Shown here: one piece after another, positions 16,325 through 24,817 of the stretch
How positions within the stretch are numbered: position 1 is the first letter of the stretch
Layout of the letters: each line of letters opens with the position of its first letter
NCBI GenBank assembly: GCA_023381695.1
Contig: JAMCQP010000057.1
Location: forward strand, 2,376 to 66,375
Direction: 5' to 3'
DNA length: 64,000 nucleotides
DNA from: Bacillota bacterium
GTDB taxonomy: Bacteria > Bacillota > UBA5301 > JAMCQP01
Notes under the pieces: generated by a model
What the model was told of the DNA's origin: nothing
Seen by the model: only the letters and a program-made list of their open reading frames with translations
Database searches by the model: none
Translations under genes and position numbers: made by a program

Positions 16325-17365
16325 CTAGTTGCCGGCAATCTCGCGATTCCAGCGATCCAGCCACTTGTCGCGTTGAGAATTGATGAAATTCCAGTCCAGC
16401 GTGATCAGACTGTTAATCATCGCCTTCCCCACGGTCAGAGTTTTAACCTCGGCCGGCGGGATCTTGACGAGCTTGTTGGTCGGCGAATCATTGATCAGGA
16501 CGGCGCTGTCGTATTGCACCTTCCGCGAAAGCACGAAGTCGATGTATTTGAGCGCGAGGTCCTTCTTCCTGGAACCGGCGACGACGTTGAGCGTGTTGAT
16601 CACGGCAACCGAGCCCTCCTTGGGATCAGCCCAGGTAGCGGACGGCACCACCTTGAGCAGGCCGTCCATGACCAGCTGCTGCGCCGGGGCCACCCAGATT
16701 TCGCCGCGCTCGAACATGTTGATCAGCTCAGATGATTTGTTGTAGAACTTGACCACGGCCGGCTTCAAGGTCTTCAGCTTTTTGAAGACGGCGTCGCTGT
16801 CCTTGAGTGACACCCCCTCCGCCTTGGCGATCATCGCAAGAAACATGGGCCCCTGAGTGGTGGAGAGTTCCGGCAGGGCAATGTGCCCGGCAAGGTCGGA
16901 GCGCCACAGGTCGTGGAAGCTCGTGATCGGCTTTTTCACCATGTCGGAGCGGTAGACGATGCCGAAGCGGGAGACGGTGTAGGCCGGGCCATAACCCGCC
17001 CCATTGGGCTCCCTGGCGAAGTCGTGGAGTTCGCTAAAGTTCTTGAGCTTTGTGTAGTCAAGCTTCTCGAAGATACCTTCCTGGATCAACTGCTCGGCAA
17101 AGTAGTCCGTCATGTGGACGACATCCACGCGTGGGTTGTTCTTGAACATCTTTAACTTGGCGATGCGCTCGGCGTTGTTGCCGAATTCGTAGACGATCTC
17201 CACGTCGTAAAGCTTCTCAAAAGGTTCCTGAATCGTCTTCTTGAAGATGTCATAGGCAAAACCCCAGGTGGAAACAACAAGCTGTTCCTTTGCATGGGCT
17301 GCGCCAACCGGCAAGGTCAAAATCGCGGCCAGCAACAAGGTAATAATTACTTTACGCTTCAACAA
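16325..17365 (-). CDS. ABC transporter substrate-binding protein (PotD/PotF-like)
   Basis: TTG start after GGGAGGAG. Signal peptide MLKRKVIITLLLAAILTLPVGAAHA. Sequence is typical of family-1 extracellular solute-binding proteins. Confidence 0.75.
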   Translation of the reverse strand: MLKRKVIITLLLAAILTLPVGAAHAKEQLVVSTWGFAYDIFKKTIQEPFEKLYDVEIVYEFGNNAERIAKLKMFKNNPRVDVVHMTDYFAEQLIQEGIFEKLDYTKLKNFSELHDFAREPNGAGYGPAYTVSRFGIVYRSDMVKKPITSFHDLWRSDLAGHIALPELSTTQGPMFLAMIAKAEGVSLKDSDAVFKKLKTLKPAVVKFYNKSSELINMFERGEIWVAPAQQLVMDGLLKVVPSATWADPKEGSVAVINTLNVVAGSRKKDLALKYIDFVLSRKVQYDSAVLINDSPTNKLVKIPPAEVKTLTVGKAMINSLITLDWNFINSQRDKWLDRWNREIAGN

Positions 17366-17411
17366 CTTCGCTCTCCTCCCGATTCAATTAGTTTAGTTTT
17401 CTGTTCAGGAG

Positions 17412-18404
17412 CTAAAGAAGGATCAGGTTTCGTTGCATCATAAAGAGTGTTACCTGTTCACCTCTCTCGTGAACCGTTTCGTCCCTGGTCAGGACGTGAA
17501 ATTCGGCCTCGCCGGCCTGCACCAGAAGCAACGTCCCGCGCCCCTTGCGTGTCGCCAGTTCCACCACGCCGCCCAGCCGGACACCGTCCCCGTCGAACCG
17601 GATGCCCGCCCCGAACGTCCCTTTTTCCAGCGCCACATCTTCAGCCCGTACCGCAACCTCCCGGCCGTCCGGCAAGCGGAAGATGTTCTCGAAGCCGACA
17701 AATTCGGCGACAAAACGGTTGGCGGGCCGGTCGAAGATCTCGCGAGACGTCCCCTTCTGCTCGATCCGGCCTGCGTTGAGCAGGATTACCTCGTCGGCGA
17801 CCGCGAAGCATTCCTCCTGGTCATGGGTGACAAAAACCGTCGTCAGGCCGAATTGCTGCTGGATGCGTTTAAGTTCGGCCCGCATTCTGATACGGAGCAG
17901 GGCGTCAAGATTGGAGAGCGGCTCGTCCAAAAGAAGCACGCTGGGCTGGATCGCCAGAGCCCGCGCCAGAGCCACCCGCTGTTGTTGGCCGCCGGAGAGC
18001 TGCGCCACCATCCGGCCGCCGAGGTTGCCGAGGTCAACCAGTTCCAGCATCTCCCGCACCCGCTTCTCAATGGCCGGCCCGGGCATTTTGCGCATCCTCA
18101 GGCCGAAGGCGATGTTTTCCGAAACGCTCAGGTGCGGAAAAAGAGCGTAATTCTGGAAAACCAGGCCCATGTTCCGCTTGTGCGCGGGCGTGCGCGTGAA
18201 GTCCTTGCCGGCCACCGCCACCGTACCGGAAGTGGGCCGGAGAAAACCGGCGATAACGCGCAACGTCGTCGTCTTGCCACACCCGCTCGGGCCAAGCAGG
18301 CAGAGCAACTTTCCTTCGTCAAGCTGAAACGAGAGGCCGTTCACGGCGGCAAAGGCCGGGCCGTACCGCACCACGATGTTTTGCAAGCTCAGGTAAGAGT
18401 TCAC
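17412..18404 (-). CDS. ABC transporter ATP-binding protein (PotA-like)
   Basis: It has GPSGCGKTT, LSGGQQQRVALARAL and LLLDEPLSNLD, plus a C-terminal TOBE-like tail. Confidence 0.9.
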   Translation of the reverse strand: MNSYLSLQNIVVRYGPAFAAVNGLSFQLDEGKLLCLLGPSGCGKTTTLRVIAGFLRPTSGTVAVAGKDFTRTPAHKRNMGLVFQNYALFPHLSVSENIAFGLRMRKMPGPAIEKRVREMLELVDLGNLGGRMVAQLSGGQQQRVALARALAIQPSVLLLDEPLSNLDALLRIRMRAELKRIQQQFGLTTVFVTHDQEECFAVADEVILLNAGRIEQKGTSREIFDRPANRFVAEFVGFENIFRLPDGREVAVRAEDVALEKGTFGAGIRFDGDGVRLGGVVELATRKGRGTLLLVQAGEAEFHVLTRDETVHERGEQVTLFMMQRNLILL

Positions 18405-19213
18405 TGGCGGCGCCCTCCTCCGGCAAAGTAGGTCAGGCCGATCGACCGCTCCATGGCGTAAACAAGGAGGAGCGTCAACAGCAGCATCACAACGGAAATT
18501 GAAGCAATCGTCGGGTCAAAATAGTATTCGCTGTAGATCATCATCTGGATGGGCAACGTCGTCACGTTCGGCCCGGTCATGAAGATTGAAATCGGAACGT
18601 TATTGAACGAGGTGATAAACGACAACAGCGATGCCGCCAGAAGACCGGTACGGATGTTGGGCAAAACAGCCCGAAAAAAGGCCCTAACCCCATTAGCTCC
18701 CAGGGAACGCGCCGCCTCCTCCACACCGGGCCCGAGATTGATGAGGCTGGCCATCGTGACGCGGATCGCATAAGGGAGAACGATCACCACGTGGCCGATC
18801 AACAACGCCGGGTAGAGCGGAAAAGCCCGCACCATGACGAGGATCTGCAAAAGCCCCATGCCCAGGACGATCTCCGGCACAATCAGCGGCGACAGCAAGA
18901 TCGAGTCTAGCAGGCTCTTGCCCCGGAAGTCCAGCCGCGTGAGCGCGTAGGCCGCGGGAACGCCAAGCATCAGCGCAAGCACCGTCGCCAGAATCCCCAC
19001 GCTGAAACTCGTCTTCATTCCTTGCATAAACAGTTCCACATTCAGGATGTTGGCGTACCAGCGCAGGGTGAACCCGCCCGGCGGAAACGACATGTATTCC
19101 CTGGTATCAAAAGATGACAGCAAGATCACCAGCATCGGAAACATCAAGAAAAGATAAACAAGGCAACTTGCCGCTAAAACGAACGGTTGTCCGCGGTGGC
19201 CCGCGTACCTCAT
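18401..19213 (-). CDS. ABC transporter permease (PotC-like)
   Basis: Start ATG 19213 after AAGGAGGTGA. Six-TM-type sequence. It overlaps the ATPase start by 4 nt. Confidence 0.8.
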   Translation of the reverse strand: MRYAGHRGQPFVLAASCLVYLFLMFPMLVILLSSFDTREYMSFPPGGFTLRWYANILNVELFMQGMKTSFSVGILATVLALMLGVPAAYALTRLDFRGKSLLDSILLSPLIVPEIVLGMGLLQILVMVRAFPLYPALLIGHVVIVLPYAIRVTMASLINLGPGVEEAARSLGANGVRAFFRAVLPNIRTGLLAASLLSFITSFNNVPISIFMTGPNVTTLPIQMMIYSEYYFDPTIASISVVMLLLTLLLVYAMERSIGLTYFAGGGRRQ

Positions 19214-19226
19214 GCCCTCACCTCCT

Positions 19227-20054
19227 TTACGCTCTGGCGCCGAGCCGGCGCGCCGCGGCATAGAGAACCCCGATAACCAGGAAGGTCACCGCCGTGGAAA
19301 TGGCGGCAATCGTGGTCGCCGTCCCCCAATCGAAGCTGATCATCGCCTTTTGATACATCAGCGTGCTCATCATGAGGACCCGCGACCCGCCCAGCATCTG
19401 CGGCGTGACGTAGGCCGTGGTGCTGCCGGTGAATACCAGCGCGGCGCCGACGGCAAGACCTGGGATCGTGAGCGGCAAAAGCACGCGGAAGAACTTGCGC
19501 ACCGGCCCGGCGCCCAGGCTTTCAGCCGCCTCCAAAGCCGACGGGTTGATGTTTTCCATGGCGCTGGTGAGCGAAAGGACGAGCAAGGGCAGGAAAAGGT
19601 GGACCAGCCCGACGACGACGGCGATCGGCGTGTAGAGAAGCTTGACCGGATTGTCGATAAGGCCAAGCCACATGAGAGTCTTGTTCACAAAGCCGAATTT
19701 GCCCAGGACCACCATCCAACTGAAAGTCCGCACAACGGAATTGGTCAAAAGCGGAAAGACGACCAGCGCCATGAGCAGGCTCTTTTTTGCGCCGGAGAGC
19801 CGCGCGAGCAACATCGAAACCGGGTAGGCAAGAAGCATGCAGATGCCTGTGACCAGAAGGCCGATGATAACAGTACGCAGGAAGACTTCGAGGAAGAAGG
19901 GGTCAGTGAAGAACCGCTGGTAGCCGTGGAGGGCGCTGAAGCCAGCGCGCGCATCGTAAATGGTGGTGATAAACATCCCGGCGAGCGGCCAGAGAAAGAA
20001 GAGAAAAATTAATAGCAATGCCGGAAAAAGAAGCCAGCCTGATCCACTGCGCAT
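19227..20054 (-). CDS. ABC transporter permease (PotB-like)
   Basis: Start ATG 20054 after AGGAGGG (MRSGSGWLLFPALLLIFLFFLWPL...). Confidence 0.8.
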   Translation of the reverse strand: MRSGSGWLLFPALLLIFLFFLWPLAGMFITTIYDARAGFSALHGYQRFFTDPFFLEVFLRTVIIGLLVTGICMLLAYPVSMLLARLSGAKKSLLMALVVFPLLTNSVVRTFSWMVVLGKFGFVNKTLMWLGLIDNPVKLLYTPIAVVVGLVHLFLPLLVLSLTSAMENINPSALEAAESLGAGPVRKFFRVLLPLTIPGLAVGAALVFTGSTTAYVTPQMLGGSRVLMMSTLMYQKAMISFDWGTATTIAAISTAVTFLVIGVLYAAARRLGARA

Positions 20055-20126
20055 GGAAAGACCCTCCTGTGCAGCGCCGGTGCGGCGAGTATCACTTCGA
20101 AAGTAGGCCGCCATCGCTTGTTTTTC

Positions 20127-20156
20127 ATTATAACCAAGTTATGCCCTTATTGTCAA
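20127..20156 (-). promoter_or_regulatory. Sigma-A promoter of the purine/nucleoside salvage operon
   Basis: On the minus strand: TTGACA (20156-20151), 18 nt, then TATAAT (20132-20127). This sits about 70 nt upstream of ATG 20054. Confidence 0.6.
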
Positions 20157-20269
20157 TGACATCCTCATTGCTAATAACTGCATGAGCCGGGACAACGTCG
20201 AAGGCCGTATCAAGATCTGGTTTGGTGAGATCCTAATTCAAGAGGCGACCTAACAAAGGAGGTGTTTCT

Positions 20270-20599
20270 GTGAATTTCTACCAGATCAATCAGACTCTGA
20301 GCCAGGTCGAGGAGACCGCACGGCGGATGCAGAAGTCCGAAGCCACCAACGCTCAGATTCTCAGCCAGCTAGAGAAGGTTGAGTACTCCAACCACGAGAA
20401 GCTGCGCCAGCTGGCGGACGCGGAAGTAAAGGCCCAACAGCAACTCCAGCAATTGGAGCAAGCCCTGTTCAGCGTCCGTTCGGAACTGAGCCAGGCAGCC
20501 GGCAGCTTCCAGTCGGCAGGAAGCTTCCAGTCCGCCGGCAGCTTCCAGGCAGGAGCCGAAACCAACGCGTTCTTCCCGGAACCGCACCAGTATAGCTAA
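20270..20599 (+). CDS. Small coiled-coil protein with a C-terminal AGSFQS repeat; function unknown
   Basis: GTG start after AAGGAGGTG. It has a Q/E/L-rich heptad-like core (QLADAEVKAQQQLQQLEQALFSVRSEL), then (AGSFQS)x3. Confidence 0.55.
   Translation: MNFYQINQTLSQVEETARRMQKSEATNAQILSQLEKVEYSNHEKLRQLADAEVKAQQQLQQLEQALFSVRSELSQAAGSFQSAGSFQSAGSFQAGAETNAFFPEPHQYS
20498..20551. repeat. In-frame 18-bp tandem repeat, 3 copies
   Basis: gccggcagcttccagtcg / gcaggaagcttccagtcc / gccggcagcttccaggca, encoding AGSFQS three times. Confidence 0.9.
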
Positions 20600-20677
20600 A
20601 TAGCAGGCAATAAGCTGACGGGGTATAAGCTAGATAGCCACGAGCAACCAAGATCCCCACGGAAACCGGGGGAAGAA

Positions 20678-20709
20678 GGGGGTGCCCGCGCGCCACCTGC
20701 GCGGCCCCC
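20678..20709. terminator. Bidirectional hairpin between convergent genes
   Basis: GGGGG-tgc-CCGCGC-gccacct-GCGCGG-CCCCC, lying between the small ORF (+) and addA (-). Confidence 0.5.
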
Positions 20710-20758
20710 TCACCATTAACAATTTTACCGCGGGATCTGCGACTTAACCGCGCAGGAT

Positions 20759-23700
20759 CTACGACTTACCGCAGAACCTGCGATAGCTGCACTCGGCGCA
20801 GCCTTCCCGCTTCCGGGGATAATCGGCCAGGGAACTTCCCCGGCTGATTTGCGCGCCAATCTGCTCGACCCGCCGCCGGATCGCGCCGGAATCGGCCACG
20901 ACCACCGGCTGGTAACTGTCCAGATGTGGGAAGTATATCCCGGCTTCCACCCGGCCATACCCGAAGAGTTCCCTGGCCACCAGGGCGTAGGTCTGGAGCT
21001 GGAGGTCGTATTTTTGCAGCAATTCGGGCATCTCCTCGGGACGGATCTGGTTGGTCTTGAAATCCACCACCAGGGCCCGATCCGTGGCCGGCCTTATGGC
21101 CGGCCCCTTAATCCGATCCCCGACCCGATCGCCAATTTGTCCTGTTAAAACCTGCTCGCCGGCAAAGACCAGGATCTTGTCGATTACCCCGTTGAGGATC
21201 ACCCGGCCGCACCGGTAGGTGAACGGGATTTCACTTTTCACCTCCCGGGCGGAACCTGTGGCTTTAAAGACCTCTCCGGCCAGGTAATTCTGGATCAGCG
21301 GGCGGATCTCGTTGGAAACGGCCTGAATCTGCTCCTCTCCCGTGATCCCTTCGGCCAAAATGGCGGACCGCAGCAGCCCATCCCACTTACCCGGATCACG
21401 CGGATCAGCATCAGGCGGATTGGCCTCACCCGGATCGGCCGGTTGGGGGTAGGACAGACGAGCCAGTACCCGGTGTGTGATATTTCCCTTGGCAATCGGA
21501 TCAAGCCTTGGATCAAGCCTTGGATTAAGCCCCGGCTCGAGCCCATGAGCCACGGCGGGTCTTTTCGATCCGGCTTTGGCCTTCCACGTCCGGACCAGCC
21601 CGAGGACAGGGCGCTCCGGGATTCCGAGCACATCCTGGTAATAAAACCGCCTGGGGCACTGCTCAAAGGTCATCAGGGCCGTCACCGGGCAAAACGCCAA
21701 CTGAATTTCAGCAGGGTCCCGCAGCGGTTCAAGCTGTTTGATCAACCTTTCCAGCCCATCTTCCCCCAACGGGGCGCCCGTGGCTGCCGGGGACGCCGTT
21801 GCCGCAACAGTAGCGGCGGCCTCCGCCTCCACTTTCCACACATCCGTCCCGGTCGAAGGAAGATCGGGCCCCAATATGTTCCGCACCCGGAGAGTCTCTC
21901 CCGCAAATTTCAGTTCTCCCGATCCATCCGGAAGGCCGGCTGGATCAACCCCCAGAACGGAGCAGATCCATTTGAGCCAGCTGTCCAATTCATGCAACTG
22001 TCCATCAAACTTCGGGTTCTTGCCGGTCAGGACGCCGGAAAAGAGCAGGTAATCCCTGGCGCGGGTCATGGCCACATACAAAAGCCTTTGATCTTCATAA
22101 AACCCCCGCGCCCTGGTGCGCGCCTCAATATCTTCAAGATCGGGCGTCTTCCTCGAACCGTCCGGATCGCGAAGAGCAATCCCCATCCCGATCTCCTTTT
22201 CAAAAGCAAAGTCCACGGCTTCCCTGTTCCCGCCGTTTAAGCTCCGGGCCAGATCCGGCAGCACCACCACGGGAAACTCAAGCCCTTTGGACTTGTGAAT
22301 GGTCAGCAATTTTACGGCGTCGGCCGCCTCCGACTCCAGCTGAGCCTGGCCCTCGTCCGCTTCCTGCTCCAGGAGCGTGTCGATGTGCGCCAGAAACCCG
22401 CCCAGATCATGAAAACCGGAGCGTTCAAACCCCCGGGCGATGTTCACCAGCTTCAGGACGTTGGCGGCGGCCTGTTCGCCATTGAAACGGGTAAGCAGCA
22501 CCTCGATAAACTGAGTATCCGCCAGCAATCCCTCGATGATCGCCGTCGGGCCGAGACGGCGCCGCGCCCGGCGGTATTTGAGCAAAGTTTCCCGGGCTTT
22601 CTTCAGGCCGTCCGGATTTGTGAAACGCGCCGCCGGTGCGTCGCGATCCGCCATCAAGCGGCCGGCGCCCATCAATCCCTCATGGAGGCCTCCACTGTGC
22701 CCCCAGCCGGGCCCTTGGCCGAGCCCCCGGCCGGGCCCCTGGCCGGGTCCTCCGCCGAGCGGCAAGCGCAGCCGGACGAGATCGTCGTCACTCGCCCCGA
22801 ACAGGGGGGATCGCAACGCGCCGGCCAGGGCCACGTCATTGTGACGGTCGTGCACCACCCGCAAGAAATTGAGGATATCTTTAACCTCCTGGGTGGTATA
22901 AAATCCTCGTCCATCCAGGGTGTAAAAAGGAATTCCCGCCTTCCGCAGGGCTTTTTCGTAGATCCTCAAACTGCCGCGGGCCCGGAAGAGCATGGCTATA
23001 TCGCCATAGCGCACCGGCCGTGGAACCTCTGGCTCACCTGGCTTACCTGGCTTACCTGGCTCATCTGGCTTACCTGGCTCATCTGGCTCATCTGGCTCAT
23101 CTGGCTCATCTGGCTCATCTGGCTCATCTGGCTCATCTGGTTCATCTGGCTTATCTGGTTCATCTGGTTCACCTTTTGGTGGATCTCCCACCATTACCCC
23201 CCCCTGCTCCACCATCTCCCGGAGCCGGTAGACCAGCGCCCCGGCCTCTTCCTCCCGGGCTTCCTCGGCGCCGAGCTCCGGGCCGGAGCCGATCAAAAGC
23301 TCGATCACCGGCCGCGGGACGCCGGGCCGGCAGGGGATCATCGGCGAATAATCAACTCCGGCGGGGTCTTCGCCGGAGCGCATCACCCGCGCAAAGAAGC
23401 CGTTGACAAAATTGACCAGGTTGGCCCTGGAACGAAAGTTTTCCGCAAGGGGGACCTCCCTCCCGCCCCGCCCGGCAATCTCGCCGGCGGTCTGCGCGAA
23501 GACCTCCACCTCCGCGCCGCGAAACCGGTAGATGGATTGTTTCGGGTCGCCCACCACAAACAGATTGGTGTCTCCGCCGCGGATAAGTTCAATGATCTCC
23601 TTTTGCAGGCCATTGGTATCCTGGAATTCATCCACGAGCAAAAACTTCAGGCGCCGGCCCTCTCCCCTGGCCGATTCCGGGTGCCCCTTCAGCAACTTTC

Positions 23701-24817
23701 GCGCCAAAAGTTCCAGATCCGTGAAGTCAATCCCCCGCCGGCGGGCCTTGGATTCGGAATAGGCCTGATCGATGCTTTGCAACAGCCTAAAGATCGCATC
23801 GTAAAACGGTTTCGCCCCAATTCCCACATAAGCGCCCGCCAATTGCCCGGCCACATCCCGCATCTTCAGGAGATCTTCTTTGATTCCCCTGGCCTGGGCC
23901 GGAACCTTTTTGAGCTGTTCCAGGGCGGCAACCGCATCCCGCCAGTTTGACCCATCCTGTGCAATAGCCTCCAGGGCCTGGCTTGCCCCGGGCCAGATCC
24001 CCGCCAGCGTCCCCAGCACCTGGCGTGCCGCGGCGGTATGCGCCGGGTCGTTGCGGCTATCCAGCAGAGCGCCCACCATCGCCGCCAGTTCGGACCGGCG
24101 TGAAGCCATCCGCCCTTCCAGGCCCGCTTGCCTCCGGCCGGCCCGCAGCCGGACCTCGTCCCAGGTCAGACCTGCGCCTCGCACCTGGTGATAAACGGAT
24201 TGGAGATCCGCCGCCAGTTTCGGCAGGCCATAATTGCCCACGAGGAGGATGACGCCTGGCTCATTGGCGGCCAGGCCGCGCAACAGCACGTCGTTAACGG
24301 CATCAAGGAGAAGAAGCTGGCTCTCCGTCTGATCCAGCACCACAAACTCCGGATCCAGACCGGCCTCCACCGGGTTCTCCCGGAGGAGCCGGGCGCAAAA
24401 GCTATGTATGGTGGAGATCCGCGCCTGCCCCATCCGGCGCTGAAGTTCCCGCCAGCGAGGAAGATCGGGCTCGTCCACCCGCTCAGCAGCCAGCCCGGCC
24501 AACGCGAGACGCACGCGTTCTTTCATCTCGCCGGCCGCTTTTTCGGTGAAGGTGATCGCCGCCAGTTCGTCCAGATCCAGGTTCAGGCCGGGATCACGCA
24601 AGAGGCTGATGAACCTTTGCACCAATACCCTGGTCTTTCCGGCCCCGGCGCCCGCCGTCACCACCAGGTCCACGTCTTTCGTCTCCACGGCAATCCTCTG
24701 GTTTTCGGTCAGGTCCTCCCGGCATGCCGGCTTTCTTGATTTGCCCGGTCTATCCGGCAATCCACCCGATCTATCCGGCACATCCGATCCATCAAGCACA
24801 TCCGATCTATCCGGCAT
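20759..24817 (-). CDS. addA: ATP-dependent helicase/nuclease subunit A (UvrD-type helicase plus C-terminal PD-(D/E)XK nuclease)
   Basis: Start ATG 24817 after GGAAGGAGG. Walker A TAGAGAGKT. UvrD-family motifs (LLVDEFQDTN, GDPKQSIYRFRGA). The C-terminal nuclease domain has FEQCPRRFYY ... GCAECSYRRFC. It overlaps the addB stop by 11 nt. Confidence 0.9.
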   Translation of the reverse strand: MPDRSDVLDGSDVPDRSGGLPDRPGKSRKPACREDLTENQRIAVETKDVDLVVTAGAGAGKTRVLVQRFISLLRDPGLNLDLDELAAITFTEKAAGEMKERVRLALAGLAAERVDEPDLPRWRELQRRMGQARISTIHSFCARLLRENPVEAGLDPEFVVLDQTESQLLLLDAVNDVLLRGLAANEPGVILLVGNYGLPKLAADLQSVYHQVRGAGLTWDEVRLRAGRRQAGLEGRMASRRSELAAMVGALLDSRNDPAHTAAARQVLGTLAGIWPGASQALEAIAQDGSNWRDAVAALEQLKKVPAQARGIKEDLLKMRDVAGQLAGAYVGIGAKPFYDAIFRLLQSIDQAYSESKARRRGIDFTDLELLARKLLKGHPESARGEGRRLKFLLVDEFQDTNGLQKEIIELIRGGDTNLFVVGDPKQSIYRFRGAEVEVFAQTAGEIAGRGGREVPLAENFRSRANLVNFVNGFFARVMRSGEDPAGVDYSPMIPCRPGVPRPVIELLIGSGPELGAEEAREEEAGALVYRLREMVEQGGVMVGDPPKGEPDEPDKPDEPDEPDEPDEPDEPDEPDEPDEPGKPDEPGKPGKPGEPEVPRPVRYGDIAMLFRARGSLRIYEKALRKAGIPFYTLDGRGFYTTQEVKDILNFLRVVHDRHNDVALAGALRSPLFGASDDDLVRLRLPLGGGPGQGPGRGLGQGPGWGHSGGLHEGLMGAGRLMADRDAPAARFTNPDGLKKARETLLKYRRARRRLGPTAIIEGLLADTQFIEVLLTRFNGEQAAANVLKLVNIARGFERSGFHDLGGFLAHIDTLLEQEADEGQAQLESEAADAVKLLTIHKSKGLEFPVVVLPDLARSLNGGNREAVDFAFEKEIGMGIALRDPDGSRKTPDLEDIEARTRARGFYEDQRLLYVAMTRARDYLLFSGVLTGKNPKFDGQLHELDSWLKWICSVLGVDPAGLPDGSGELKFAGETLRVRNILGPDLPSTGTDVWKVEAEAAATVAATASPAATGAPLGEDGLERLIKQLEPLRDPAEIQLAFCPVTALMTFEQCPRRFYYQDVLGIPERPVLGLVRTWKAKAGSKRPAVAHGLEPGLNPRLDPRLDPIAKGNITHRVLARLSYPQPADPGEANPPDADPRDPGKWDGLLRSAILAEGITGEEQIQAVSNEIRPLIQNYLAGEVFKATGSAREVKSEIPFTYRCGRVILNGVIDKILVFAGEQVLTGQIGDRVGDRIKGPAIRPATDRALVVDFKTNQIRPEEMPELLQKYDLQLQTYALVARELFGYGRVEAGIYFPHLDSYQPVVVADSGAIRRRVEQIGAQISRGSSLADYPRKREGCAECSYRRFCGKS
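21498..21545. repeat. In-frame 12-bp tandem repeat, about 4 copies, within addA
   Basis: ggatcaagcctt units encoding (L/G)(N/D)PRLDPRLDP. Confidence 0.8.
23029..23172. repeat. In-frame 9-bp microsatellite (about 16 copies) within addA
   Basis: ctggctcat/ctggcttac units encoding EPDEPDKPDEPDEPDEPDEPDEPDEPDEPDEPGKPDEPGKPGKPGEPE. Confidence 0.9.

Noticed and set aside
20055-20126. Possible purine riboswitch in the leader of the purine salvage operon
   Set aside because: The leader is only about 70 nt and lacks the conserved purine-aptamer junction sequences.
22295-23950. 551-aa plus-strand ORF; also 29211-31157 (648 aa) and 41641-43623 (660 aa)
   Set aside because: All three are antisense to strongly supported genes (addA, copA, and namZ plus the deacetylase). 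They encode R/P/G/H-rich low-complexity sequence with no start signals.
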